Numbered from the whole stretch's first letter, positions 22,094 through 37,000 are shown. The stretch: 62,983 nt of DNA, filler included, from 10 parts of 10 records of this genome joined end to end with filler, not necessarily neighbours in it; one strand, 5' to 3'. Numbers and translations: made by a program. The notes: a model not told the origin generated them from the sequence alone.

Positions 22094-25000
22094 ATGGAGC
22101 CGGAGCCGGAGGAGCCGGAACGCCAGGAGGTGGTCGACCTGATTGCCGACGCGCGGCTCGTCGAGAGCGCGGTTGGTGCGGTGCGCAGCCGTCGGCGAGT
22201 TTCGGCCGAAGTGACCGCACAGATCGCCGCTGGGCTCTCCGGTGGTGCCACTGGACGGATCCGAGTGAGCGGCCACCTGCCCGCGACGCTCGAAGTCTAC
22301 GGCCGAATCCTCGACCAGGCTGCAGCCGGCGACTACTACACGGCCCGGCAAACCGCGATCCTCGAAGAGCTCGAGCTGCTGATCTGCGCGTTCGCGGGGC
22401 CCGCGGGATCTACCGACGGGCGCCCGCGCAGCCTGCCCGCGCCGTTCGATGTGGAGAGCCGCAAGCTGGGGCCGAAACGTGGCCTCCTCAGCCACGGCGG
22501 ATCGCGCCGTCGCTTTACGTTTCACGTCGTGTCACCGTTTGCCACGCCAGATGTACTGCCGTCCGGCGTGCAGATGGCGATCGTGGGCTCGCTACCAGAG
22601 CTGGGAGAGGGCAAGCGCCGTCTCGACCCGAAGTACGGCGTGCATCGGATGTGCGCGGCTGGGATCCCGCTTGAACCTGCGAGGCTCCAGCCCAGCAGCC
22701 AGCCCCACTCGCAGACCCGCGTCTTGGAAGCCGTCATAACCTTGCCCGAGGAGCCTGCCCCTGGTGACATTGACTGGAAGCGGATCAGAGCATTAGAGAT
22801 GGCGATTCAGCAGGAGGACCCAAAAGACTTGCTGGCTCAGATGAGGTGCGCGCATAGATGCGCGCAAAAGTACATGGGGTTGGGTGACGACGCCAACGCG
22901 CTGCTGTGCTGCGCCCAAGGCCTGAGGCTGAGGGACAAGGTCGAGGCCCAAACGCGCGACACCAGCGGTTTCTTGGGTCTTGGCCTCGGTGCCAGGGCTG
23001 CGAAGTACACAGCGACCGAGGTAAGGGAGACGGTATGGCAGCTTCAGCACCTTCAACAAGAGTGCAGCGAGACTTGGTTCCGGTTTACTGTGGCAATTCA
23101 ATTTCAAAACCAGTTCATTCTATACAAACCGCAGCGCTCGGACTGGTACAAAGTCACGAGGACTCAGCGGGACTTCCGATTTCTGGATTTCGCACCGGGC
23201 GATTCGTTTCCCCTCAGCCAGCTACAACAGCCGCACATCTTTGAGGCTAGTCAATTGGCAGACGAAGGACAGCTGGAGCATCCGCAGCTTCGGATGCTCA
23301 CATTTGCGTTTTGGTGGCTCGTGGAGTCAAATTCGAACGATGGCAACTTGGCTGGCGCTTTCAAGCGCATCCAGTGCGGTGCAACATATCAGAGGGAGCT
23401 CGGAGCGACGACCCAAATCGACACTTCGGCTGTGCGGGAGACACTGCTACAGCAGGCAAGGGACCTACTGCGCCAGGACACGTCACCCGATAGTCTGACA
23501 CGGCTGCAGAACGGTGTCATGCTTCTATGGCTTGTGGCTGGCCTCGTCGTTGACTCAAACAAAGAGCTTTCAAACAAGGAGATGCGCTTGCTGTGCGAAT
23601 GCCTTGCGCCAGCAGATCTGGATTGGGTCAAGAGCTTTGCCGCTGGCGAGAGGAGGTTTTGTGAGAGGCTACACCAGTGGATTGTGAAGGTTGCGAAGTA
23701 CATGGCACAGCGCGGCGTGGTCACATTCTTACGAGTACTGCCCATGTTGAACACGCTCGACTCGAAAGCGCAATTCCGCACGGAGCTCACTGTGCACGAT
23801 CCGTCTCTGCAATCACACATGATGCCGAGGGCTGAGACGGCAGACACAGAGGCATATCAGGCTGAACTCTTGTTTTTAAGTGATCATGGTCTGTGGGCGA
23901 TCGATGCCGCCATTCCAAAATCCAATCCGCGTACGTCGCTGGCTGGGTGGGCTCCTCTGTTGATGAGTGATGCCACAGCAGTGCTTGCTTTGCTTTCTCA
24001 GGCGGCACGCCTGCCAACGTCTGGACCTGGACGTGATCTCGTGCTGACTACGATGGAAGCAATCCTGAGAGATCGGCAAGACCTTATCCCAGCGTTTTAC
24101 GATGCTGCGGCCCTGCGCGCCCTCGTAGACATTTTGCAGCGCAGCGGTCAACTGGGAGTGGTGGAACAGCAGGTGGATGCAATCATGGCCTATGGGCTCA
24201 ACAACTTACCGGGTGAACCTAAGATGGCTCACATTCGAGAGATCGCTGGAATTCTGGCTGCTTGCCCAGCTTTGATCGGTAGGCAGTGTGCCCACAACCT
24301 GCTGTCAAACCACGAGCTAGACACAGTCGACTTCTCAGGTGCTCCGCTGGAGCTGCTGGGGGTCGTACTTGCACGAACAGACGACAGCAGCCCGGACGAA
24401 TTCAATCGTGCGTTGAGAACGCACCTTACACGTCGATACACAAGCCGCACGATCTCTGATATGGGGCGATGTGCGCGGCATGGAACGGCCCTTATAGCAG
24501 CCGTCCCGCGGTTCCAAGCCACTATCGTCGCTGAATATGAGGAACGACTGAACCGGTTGGAGACACGCAGCAAATTCCGAATCCTTTGTGAAATTGACTT
24601 AGAGGTTTTAGCTCGACCTTTGGCTGCGGTTATCAAGGGCATCGCTCAACGGGAAACAGAGCGCGCCGGAAGTGCGTCCACAGCCGCTCAGCTTGAGGCT
24701 TTCAGCGAGATCAAGCAAGTGGTGTCCGTCTGGCTTCCAGCCATGGACGGTGCTGCAAATTTGCTCTTCGCCATTGCGATGGCTGGGAGGCTGAGCAAGC
24801 ATGGATTTGCGGTGCTCAATCCACGCCCAGGAGTCCTGCCCTTGGCAGACCTACTCGGGCCGTTTGTGATGGATTTCGCAGCATGGTATCATCAAAACAG
24901 TGTGGGCAATGCCGTGTTTCAGTCGGCAGACGCTCGCGAGGCTCACGCATCTATGCAGCTGCTGAAAAAAGTCGCGACTGCAGAGCTGGAGTCTTTGCGG

Positions 25001-28000
25001 CAGAGGACAGTAACTATGGGTAGAGTGCGGCAGCTTTTTTCGAGAGAATATCGTGATCGGGCAAAGGCGTTGCTCTCTCCACCACTGTGCATTGGATACG
25101 ACGATTCACTTGAACGCGAGGTGCAAGCGTCTGTGCAGGAGCTACAAGTGTTCCGTGATACTTTTGATCACTTTAACGATTTTCTGGGCAGTCGTGACGT
25201 ATCACAGTATCTTGCGAATGCGGTTAAGCGAGATTTAGAAAGCTTTAGAAAGCTGAAGCGGAATTGGGATACCCTCCAGATACGCAACTTGCAGGCACAG
25301 GAGTCTCTGCGGCTAGCCGAGCGATACAGACATTTGAAGATTGACAGCACCATTAGAAAACTTCAGCATTTACAGCGCTCCAAACGTCTTTTCCCAGTAC
25401 TTAAAAAGTCTGCCCTGGATGCGTTCATGAAGCCGCGCAGAAGCCTTCAAGAAGTCAGTGCTTACGTCGCAGCAGTCGCGGACGCCCACACTGCGCAGCG
25501 CGGTAGAAATACTAAGCTAGAGATGGCAGACCTATTTGAGTGGTGCTTTGAAGGTATTTTCACGATGTGGAACAATATGCGGCAGGGCTGGTTTGATCTG
25601 ACTGTGACCCTTGATCAGCTGGAGTTGTGCCTTGGCGAGCACGCCCTTACGGACGTCAAAAGCGTGGCATCGGAGGAGTGGCTGCGCGATGAACTAGGAA
25701 TCCTGGCGCAGCCGCTGCCTTCGACCGTGCCTTCAATGGATGCGAGTGGCCAAGTCTATGACACAACGAGTCTGACCGATGCTCTGGATGGATTTCTTGG
25801 ACTTCAAAGTGATCGCGACTTCGTTGTACAGCTGCGGACTCTAGTGAAGATGATGTCAACTGGGACCAAGAAGCTGCAAAACGATGAGAAGGTTAAGGCG
25901 CTGGGAGAACTCGCGGGATCGCTTGATCTTGAGTGGAACTCGACTCGATTAAGAAATACTGCGACTCTCCGCAAGCAGGCCCAATTGCTGATTAACGGCA
26001 TCAATGGAAGACAACGCCAATTTCTTGGCGCCATGTGCACAGAAACGAACATCGAAGTAATCAAGCGCATCCGGCATGACATGCGTCGAGGTGAGGACGG
26101 CGAAACGAAGTGGAAGTTTTTGCACGATGACCAAATCTACACTCTCATTACACAGCAGGTGAATGATGCTGGGCATGACTTTGATGCGCAAGAGCAAGAA
26201 GTGGTCAACGATTTGGGAGACATTCGAGGACTCCTGAAAGTCCTAGTATTCCAGCCTCATCACTCGCTTGATCAATTCTTGCAGTCAATGGACGAGGTGC
26301 AGCTGACAGTTGCAGATCGACTCGAGAGGACGATGTCGTTGATGCAGCACGCTGGCAGAATGATCAAAACAGTACAGCACATTACGACAACGCTCGGCAT
26401 GCGCACTGGAGAAAGGGACGCTAAAGCTCTAGGCGAAGTCCTAGATACAGGTGTTTGGACTTGCCACGAGCCACAGAATGTAAAAGGAGAGCCCGAGCAG
26501 CTCGTCGCATCGACAATATCACTTCGCTACACGCGGAGCAAAGTCATCCACGAGGATGGCTCGAATACACCAGCTGAGACCACCACATTTACTCTGGCCG
26601 AGGCACAGGATTTACGAGACAGGCTCTTTTTAGAGACGGATGATGAACACGACAGCTCTGGTGGTGTCAAAGTGTATCACGAAATGCTGGAGGCTGTACG
26701 AGATTACGCCCTTTCGTTGCTCAAGCTGCACATGGCCGGATTTGTCCACTCGGCGACTGACCGTGGCTACGAAAAGCAAGTTTCTATGGCTGGTGGATCA
26801 CCCGAGGATGTTGTACAGCGGCGTAAGGGTATTGAATGTACTCTGCGCTGGTGGAATGTGGGGATCAAGAGCCTACGAGACAGGTTTCCGAGTCTGAATT
26901 ACTTTACTGTTTCTCAGATCATGCAACTGGAGCGTGACATTGCTGATGTAGGCGGTGGACAGGTGCAGAGCATTGCAAACATACAGTCGGCAGTGGCATT
27001 CATGTCGCGACAAGTTGAGTGGGCGTCGCTGAGAACCTGGCCAGTGCTACTAGCACGTAACTGGGACCCAGACAAAGACTACACGCAAGACACCAGCTTC
27101 TGTGAGGTACAAGCTCGCGTGTTCTTCGATGCGCGTGGCTTTCATGAAAACGATGCTGAGGTACTTTTTACGTGCTTGCGAAATGTCAACGTAATGACTA
27201 CCGGGGGTGCTCAAAACCATCCGGTAATGTGGGCCACGGTGATAAACAACGCCTCAGAAGACCAGCTTCTCAAGATGGTGCGCTTTGCAAACAGGAATTG
27301 CCAGGCTAACGACCCGGCACTGATGGCATCCATGGCTGAGATATGCCAGCAAATATACGAGCATGGCATCGCTCTCGACCGAATGCTACTGCAGGGCTTT
27401 GCCCTTGTTGAGGGCGTGGGTACCTTGCTGCGAGACCTGGACGGCTGTCCTCTGCTTTGTAGGCCACTGCAATCAAAGTTTTCTGGCACCCAGCGTCAGT
27501 CTGGAGTACCGAACGTGGTAACGTGCCGTAGTACCTCTGAGGTGCTACCCACGCTGCTTACCCTCTACGCACCGATGTCCCGCCTTCCGCTAGCTTTCGA
27601 GGTTGAGTTCTGCGGTCTGCGGACAACCTGGGAACGTGTTGAGTTGCTGCTCAAGCGTTGTGTCGATCGGGGCGCGGAAGGGTCCAATTCGCATTTGTTT
27701 TGTCTCGTCGATGCCGACCAGCTCAAACGTGCGGATCAGCTTGAGCTTGTGAATTTTCTGGAGCGGCTTTATCACAACCGACTTCCGTTTCGGATTGTGC
27801 TGCTATGCACCAAACGCGACAACATATACGCAGAAACCTTTCACAAATACGTAGTTGATTGTCCTCCGTTGTCTGTCGCCCTTCAACAGGACTACTGGAA
27901 GCTTGCCACACACCCAAGCTGGGAGAATCAGCAGTCATCCATTCATATCAAGGTGTACACTTCTAAGAAAGTCGGCCTTGGGAAGAGCTACCGGGTTCGC

Positions 28001-31000
28001 AAAGACATCGAGGCCGCCATGCAACGAAATGGTGGGCACACAAGCCTGGCTGACAGCATGCGCGTATTCGTCCCAGTTTTTCAGGATACGGACGCAGATC
28101 AGCTCTATACGTACTTGAAACAAGGTACTGAGTCTGAGGATGGACCTGCGCGTGCGTTTCACATCAATGTTGCGTCGTCAGCAGATCGACCGTTGGATAT
28201 TCTCTTGTTTCGCTTGCTCGTCCTCGATGACCTTGAGACGTCAGCAGGGAAACACTTCAGATTACAACCAAAGCATGCAGTACTGATCGAGCTTGCCTCT
28301 GACAGTGGGAAAGGTGCGGACGAAAAGGAGCCACTTGTCGATCGGTTGACTTTCTGCTCCCGGTTGCCGAAGCACGAGGTTGTCTTGGGTCCGGGAATAC
28401 TAGACACAAGTCTAGATGAAGTTCAGCGCGTTTGCAAATATCTTCACGCTTGGCAAAACGAGCTACTCAAGGCGACGCGAGGCGACCCCTCCCTATTCAA
28501 AGCATGCGATGAGATGGCTGCGGGTAGTATTATGCCACCAGAGGAGTGCCGCCAGCTGCTCGAAGAACACACTCCAAGAGCGACCAAGAACTCGGAACGG
28601 ACTGTGCTTGATGAGTCCATGATTCTAACTCTCAATTTCGTTCAGTTCTTGAACAAATGGCTTGTTATGCTGGAGTCAGAAGGGGAGTTTCTACAACACC
28701 AGTACAGCATGCTTGGCCCTGAGAGCCTGCTAGCTATGAACAAGCCAGACCTGCGGCACAAGCTTGTAGAGTCTTTGATCGGCACGGCTCGCGAGTTTTC
28801 GTCGCGCAGCATATCACCCTTCTCTGTGCTGGAAGAGCAGCTTGAGCTTTTGGACTTGCGCCGGACCATGACCTCTCAGTCAAGAGCTTTCGGACTGATG
28901 GCTGAATGGGCTAAGCGCCCCCTTATTTTGCCATGCAAGCCGTCAAGCTTCAAGCTCGTAGCTATGAACCCTGATGAGATTGACCCAGAAGTCGTAGCCT
29001 ACTGGTCTGAAGGATTCGCACACGGAATGGGATGGAAGTTTGAAAACTACAAGAACATCAGCCAAAAGCAAGCAAAGGAACTACTCTGTGAGATCATGCA
29101 CGTCAAGGAGGCGGAGATTGGCAACATTGACGATTCGTTTGTGCTGACAATCGACAATATCATGAAGATGCTGGCGGTGTGGTTCCGTGTCGGTAGTAAG
29201 ATCCCCGTGGTCATTATGGGTGAAACTGGCTGTGGCAAGACGTTCAGTATCAGCTACTTGGCAGCCTTCCTCAACATTGCTTTCCACAAGCTCGACGTGC
29301 ATGGGGGAATCTCAGATGAGGATGTTGTAGATTTTATGCTTACGAAGGTTTTGCCCGATTGTTTGATGAGCCCAGACCAACCCGTTTGGTGCTTTCTAGA
29401 CGAAATAAACACCTGTGACTCGCTCGGCCTGTTTAAGGAAATGATTTGCGACAAGTCGATGAAAGGGTCCGTTCTTCCGGACAATCTTGTCATTCTAGCA
29501 GCATGCAATCCATATCGCTATCAGCCGAAGGAAAGCAAGCCATCTGCTGGCTTGCAGTTGGCTGGCAGCACACCTGTCGGGGAGCGCCTGGTGTATGTGG
29601 TCAGACAGCTTCCAGAGACACTCTATGAGTTCATCTGGGATTACGGAACGCTCAACCGGGAAGAGGAGAAGCGTTACATAGAGTCCATGCTAAAGAAATC
29701 CTTTTCTGATACCAACAGAGCAGCGGTAGCTGGCCGTGTCTTGAAGTTGAGCCCAGAAGACGAGAGGCGTTTTGTCAGGCTTTTTGCTGAGATGGTCGGC
29801 CAAAGCCACGATTTCATTCGGAAGGCACACGGCGATGAGGTGAGCGTGGTGAGCTTGCGAGACGTGGCACGGTGCATCAAACTCTTTCAGTGGTTCTTTG
29901 ACACTCTTGACAAAATTCGACAGGTCCAGCGCGAGGATGCGGAGGACGATGGTGAAGACGGTGCAGCGACCCCCACAACGCCGACAGAAGCAGGATCCGG
30001 CGAGACACAAGGTTCGGCGCATTCGAAGACTGACGCGGTAGAGAGCATGGTCTTGGCGGTCGCGCACTGCTACCACTTTCGACTGAACGAAGAGGGCCAC
30101 TATACGCGCCAGCAGTTTCGCAGCGAAATGGAGCAACGACTTCAGGGAAGCCGACTATCGAGCGAACAGGCAGATTGGAAAGATCCTGGCTGGTTTGAGA
30201 TGGTTCTCAAAAAGCAGATGCAGTGGTTCATCGATGCAATGAAACCATTGCCCGCTGGTGTGGCCGACAACGCAGCACTACAAGAGAATGTGTTCATGAT
30301 GATCGTTTGCATTCTCAACAAGATCGCTATAATGGTCGTAGGGAAGCCTGGCTCGTCAAAGACGCTTGCTACGCAGCTGATCCGGGACGCATTCTCGCTT
30401 GCACAAAAGAGCGACAAGTTTGAACGCGTCGGCTTCCCGTGTCTAGAGCTGTTTCCGTACCAATGTAGCCAGCACTCTACAGCACACGATATCGAAGACA
30501 AATTTGACAAGGCAATTAAAGTGGAATCGGGAGCCGGCGTTCGCAAACTGTCGTGTGTGGTGCTGGACGAAGTGGGCTTAGCAGAAGATGCAAAGGCCAT
30601 GCCCCTGAAGGTGCTGCATAAACTACTCGAGAAACCCAAGTGTGCGTTCGTGGGGTTGAGCAATTGGCAGTTGGATCCTGCGAAGATGAATCGTGCTGTG
30701 TACCTGCTGCGTCCGGATACCGAAAGCCGCGATGATTTGCAGCAAACAGCTCTGGAGCTGGTAAAAGGAGCACAGCAAGCAGGCACCCGTGCCAACACTG
30801 CACTAATAGAGGAGCTAGAAAAAATCACCAACGCGTACATTCAGATGGTCGAGACTGAGAGAGCCACCAAAATGTACAAAGAACGAGAGGGTGGCCATTT
30901 CACTGGCCTGCGTGACTTTTACTCTTTCATCAAGCTGATCGACAAGAGTATCCGTCAGAACGGTGGGGAACTGAATCCTGAAATTCTCTTGCATGCGATG

Positions 31001-34000
31001 TTCCGTTCGTTTGGCGGGTTCAGACAGCAAGATCTCCTTAATATCCTGGCACAGCCATTTTGGGACTTCTGCCAGGGACTTTTGACAGAGTACGATGGTC
31101 CTGAGGACATTGTTAGATACCGCACTGAGAACATTGTGAACTTGTTGCGATCCAACGTCGACGACGTGGCGAAGGAAGAAGTCGGTGGTGACGTCGGGGC
31201 ACGTCATCTCATGATTTTGTCTCAGCACGTCACCTCCGCCCTGTCGATATTGGAGGACGAGGGCATTGTGGTGCGTCAAGGCGACTTGAGGAAGGGCGAC
31301 AAGAGGAAAAGTGCCAAGGTGCTTTGTGGATCTCCGTTTCGAGATGATCAGACCAGCCTTGGCATGTTCAGTCGTGTGACACAGGTCAAGACTTGCATGG
31401 AGGCTGGCAGGACGGTTGTGTTGCTTCATCAAGACGGGATTTACGAAAGTTTGTACGATATGTTGAACCAAAACTACACAGACGGCGTCTCCGGAGGCAA
31501 ATTTTGTCGACTTGCGATCGGCTCGCGCTCACGGCAATGCGAGGTACATCCTAATTTTCGATGCATAGTTATTGTAGATTCCAAGCAAGCGTGGACAAAG
31601 CTGCCATCTCCGCTGCTCAACCGGTTCGAAAAGATGTGTGTAAGCGTTGGCGATCTGCTCAACGCAGAATTCCGTGAGTACGAGAGAGAGCTGTGGAATC
31701 TCTGTCGTGAGTTTGCACAGACGGGTGCCGTGCGTGCACTTGAATGCACCCTCAGCGACCTAAGCGATAGCGACGCATGTCAGTATTTGCGTAGTGTGTT
31801 CGTTGGATTCAACGAGGAGCTACTGCCTTCGATCTTGTTGCAGATCTGGCGTTCGTCGACTGGGGAATCCCGTGAGGAAATCATCGCACAGACACAGTGC
31901 AAACTATTGCATCTTGCTACTCCAGAGGCAGTGGTCAAGTATGCAACGCGACGAGGACTACTGGGGCACAGCGCGCCTGAGGTTGGTGACCAGCTATGGG
32001 GAGAGGTGCATCCACGGTGCGTATACTTCGAAGACCAGATCCACTCGAGCTTGCGCGAAATGATTGACGCATTGCCGGAGGACAAAGTCTCGGGAATGGT
32101 TCTGACATTCTCGAGCTTCGCGACAGATCTTGGGCGCCACTTTGAAGACGCGTCCTTCAAAACACCGATGATTCTGGACCTGCCAGAGTTCCAGACAGAG
32201 GACCAATGCCGCTTGGGCCTAGAGAAGTTTTTCGATCCTGATCCTGCTGATCGGGCCCGCTACGACACACTTATCCTCCGGTGTGAATTGAGGGACGAAG
32301 TATCATTGAAACAAATTGACCGCGCGAAGCAGTTGTGCCAGGAGTTACGAGAGGAACACGATGCACGTGGGAGAGTCGTCCTTGTTGTTTACTTGGAAAA
32401 AGATGGGAACGTAGACGGCGTTCGGCTGTCTTACACATTTCACCAGGATTCGTGGTTTTACACAGTAATTGACGCAGTCGAGAGTGCGCATGTACAGCAA
32501 CACCCCGCTGTCCGCGACGTCCTAGACACCCAACACTTGGTAGAAGTCCTGCAACGTCAAGACAATCTGGTCGTGCGACAGATAATCAAGCAGTCATTTA
32601 GAAAATGCTTGTCGAGGCTTCAATATTCTGCCAAGGTTGACGTTCATATCCAGATCAAGCAAATGGAAACGCTGATCGAAGACGAGAGTGACTTTCTTCG
32701 CCCTGTCCTTGAAGTTCTCTCGGACAGCTGGAACAGCCACGACATGGACAACAGTGCACGCGATCCGTGGTTTAGCTCCATTGGCCTGATCGATATTGCC
32801 AAAGCGGGTACGTACCGTGGCGCACTGTTCGAAGCAGTTGAGCAGACGGTCACGGCGTCCTTCACACGCTTGCTGGCTGGGATTGACCGGGGTGGAAATC
32901 TAGCGGTTTATGTTTCCGGTGCTGCACACGTGAAGCATCTTTGGTTGGCGATCTTCGGTGACAGGTCGTTGTGGTCACTCCCGCCCGCGAACAGTAGCTC
33001 AATTTATGCAGTCGAAACAGGTTCGCAGAACCATAAGTTCAAGGCATCATTTCCTTTTTTCTCCAACATTTCGGGTTTTATCGAGCGCTTTTACGACACA
33101 GGGATCGTTGCACAGCTTGTGCATAATACAGACGGAGGCAAGCGTGACGAGTGGGCTGAAATGTGGCGACTGCTATGTGAAAGGAAAGAGATGCAAGCGT
33201 TTAACGAAGCCATGCAAGAACAATCCCTTCAAGATCTTCAGGATTCGCGGAAGCTATATCTCAGAGACGCCGTAGATCTACACAGCGAACGGTTTTGCGC
33301 CCACAGCAATGGCTGGGAAGGATATTCGGAGCTTGCGCAAGCATTTGTACTGCGAGCAATCATGGACGAAAAAAAGGGGAGCAGCGACAGCTGCTTCGCC
33401 GCCGAGAGCTGCATTTCTGACATTCACATGGCGATTGCACGGTGTGAGGCCATCGCACGTCCATGCTTGTGCGTTTTGGAGAAGCTCCGTGGGGCAGCTA
33501 CCGAGGTGCGTCGCTCGATGGGCATGTACCTTGAGGAAGAGGGGGACAAGGGACTAATTCACCTAGTCGTGGATTCGGTTGTTCAGAACACTCTCGTAGA
33601 GCTGAAACGAATTGTTGATACACAATCTTCGACGGAGTTCTCCACAATTATCGAACAGGTTCGATCACCAATGCTTGAAATCTGGGAGTGGATTCGTGCT
33701 AAGACCAATAGAGCCACCGATCGAGATTTCTCTTCAATTGACAAGATCCGAGGCGATGTGACAAAACCGATTCGACTTGGTGATGTCGTGAAGCCCACAA
33801 TGGAAGGCGCCGTTAATGTTCGCTCGGAGGAGTGGGTCTCTGACACGGAGTGGCATCAGAGGCACGCGGTGGTTCTACAGAATGGCAAGGACACGTGTCT
33901 CCACATTTTCCCCGACAGCATCAGCTTTGACTCTATGTCAATCGCTGTTCCGGTGACATCAGTGCATTGTACCATCAGTCCAGAGGAGCAAAAGACTTAC

Positions 34001-37000
34001 GAGGTTCATCATGTCGACCTGGGCACCAGCACGCAGGCGTCGGCCCCAGATCCAGGTCTTCTAGCGCTAGCTGAGCCAGAGCCAGAGTCGGATGCAGTGA
34101 CTACGGAGTCTCGCGCCAAGGCTGCCCGAGAGAGTCCGCGCTGGGTCCGCAGCAATGAGACTTCCGAGTGCATGCTGTGCGCGCAAACGTTCGGTTTGTT
34201 CAACGGCAAACATCACTGCAGAGCATGCGGCTGGGCCATTTGCGATGGCTGCTCTAAGTCTCTCATATTGGACAGATGGTTGTCGCAAGACAAACCCCAC
34301 CGCATCCACGAGACCCGATCAACAGAGCCGCTGCGAGTGTGTAAGGTGTGCTTCGTAAACGTACCGCTAGAAGCTGAGGCGGAGCGCCAACTCGCAATAG
34401 ATGGTCGTCAATTCTCAGATCAAGAACAACTAATTCTTCGTGTTGGCGGCACCGAGCATGTGTTGCCCAGCTCGTCGACTGTCAACCAGGTCAAAGAGTT
34501 GCTTCGGGAACAAACGGGACGCGACTGGTGGGAAATCCATTTCGATGGGCAGCAAATCTGGGACAAGGACGAAGTGCTTGCAAGCCGTGCGATGGCTGAC
34601 TCTGAAGTCGGCCATTGGCATCGCCGAAGGTTCGAGAACATGACCACTGCAGGTGATGTAACTGTTTGCATAGACTGGCAAAAGATGAAGGCGCACTCAT
34701 CCACGAAAGACTTGGTCGTGGCCATGAACTCGGACCCAAGTGAGCGTGGAAAGTCTGGCTTTAGCATTGCGTGTACTGCCGGGAAGAACGTACTTCGTAT
34801 CGAAACTTCTTCGTCGCTGAAAGATAGCGACGCTACAGATGACAGCCCACCTGATATCCTGCTAGACATCGGAGCGGCCCCGGCAAGTGGTCAGCAGGAC
34901 TCATCGCCCACCGTGGAGAATTGGATGCAGGCGCTGCAATCGACTTCACTAGTTTCGGACGACGAAGAAGCTGTCGATTGTGCCAGTGCGCATAGGGATT
35001 GGAACAAGCTGCTGCTAATACAAGAATACGTCAAGCGCGTGGCACAAATGCTGCAAGCCACAGAGACCGCCGCCACGACATTGTGGAGAGAACTTAAACA
35101 ACCTCGGTTCACGTTCGGAAGTTTGGACATGCTTCGCGCGGTTGTTCGCGTTGTCAGCGGCACAGATTCACTAGCACCAGGTATTTCCACACAGGTGGCT
35201 CGTGAAATTGTGCAAGAGTTCTGTGAGCACTATGTCATTCGATATGCCTTCCGAGAGCCCCCGTGCGTGTCGATCGTGCAATTTGCGATACATGCTTGCG
35301 ATCTATGTCGTATGAAAGGTCAAGGAAACGGCCAGAATCCATGGCTTGCGCTGCGGGAGAAAACAGATTCACAGCGTTTCGATTTGATACCTGATCAAGA
35401 TGCACAATGTTGCTTCCAGTGCAGTCGTGCATTCGACATGTACTCAGAGCGAAAACATCGCTGCCGTTTGTGCTCGGAGTTCTTTTGCGAACCGTGCAGC
35501 AGTCATGAGCACGTTTTGGACGAGAGCAGTGCGACAGCTGAGCGAGTCTGCGACAGGTGCTACGCTGTCACAGCTGCTCTCGACACCATCAACAGCACGA
35601 TGCCACGAGCTCGCAGCCGCAACGATGGCTTGCTGCGCACACGCTCTGCGATTGAATACCAGTTTGTAGAATGCTACGAAAACGAGGAGATTGAGTGGGG
35701 CCCGCTCGTCACGCCATCAGAAGAATTGTTCCGTGCACCCACGGCTCCGGAACGGCGAAAAAGAGCCCAGTATACTTCGGAGGATCGCAGCAACACGCCA
35801 GCAAACTTTTCGCCAGAAAGAAATCCGGAGCTGACCTGGCAATCCAGAGGGAAGACAGACGGAAGTGACGAGCAAGGCTGGGAGTATGCATTTAGCTTTC
35901 GGTCTGCGAAGTCCGGTTGGGGTCCTGTCATGAAGACACAAATGCCAAAATCTTGGGTCCGGAGGCGGAAGCTGTACGCACCTTCAGCTGGCCGACTTCC
36001 GTCCGCCCCTGCCGAGTTCAGCGAGGATTATTCACCGTCGACAGTGAACTACCTGGGTGATCAGGTCACCAAGAAATTCAAGCGCGCTATGACACAGGTG
36101 AAAGTCGAGGTTGAAAGTATGATGGCGGAGAAAAACACTAGCCTCGAGAGGCAGGGACTAAGTAACATGAATCTGTCAGCTACGCATGCTGCCCGGGACA
36201 CTGCATCCGGTGGCGCTGATGATGCCGATGATGCCACAGGCAGCTTCTCTCTGCTAGGGCCACTGACAAGCCGTGCACGACACGCTCTTATTCGAGAAGT
36301 ACTCTCTCTGATTGACTATGCGTCACCTCACTGCTCGGTGAGACAGTTGGTCGACCGCGGCATCTACGAAGCCTTCCTTAGAACGGGGCACACCATTGAC
36401 AACCCAACGACTTTACGAGTGGTCGAAGCTTTCGAAGATATGACAGACCTCTCGCCTGAAGAGATGGTTGCTTGGATGGATGAAGCAGCCAAGACGACTC
36501 AGCGGATGAGAACGGCGATGTGGGCACGCAGCACTGCACGGTGTCGTGCCATCGTGGCGGCGGCTGCGGAGGACGCTGTCAACTTGGGACGTATGGACCC
36601 GTTGTCTTTTCCTGTAAAATCGCAGATCTTTCAGCGACTTCTGGCGCAAGGCCTACCAGGGCCTCAGCAGCCCAGAGCGCTGCAGGTCCTGTTTGCAAAA
36701 CACGTTGTCGCGCGAAAGGGTACACAAGAAGCTTTCGAACTCCTCTTGGACAAATCACAACATGCCGAACATCCTACGCTCATGTGCCCTGCTCTGGCAG
36801 ACGACCTTGAGTCGCTGTCCAAAAGGGCGAACACATCTGAAGACGAGGCCGAATATAAGCCCAGTTTTGATCCGTTGCTCGGCATTTCAGACCAAGCAAC
36901 CTACCAACGAACCTATGTAGAAGTCATGGAACCAATCGTATTGGAAGGAGCCCTAACTAAAGCGAGTGCTGAAAGCGCACGAGAAAAGCTCATTGGTACT

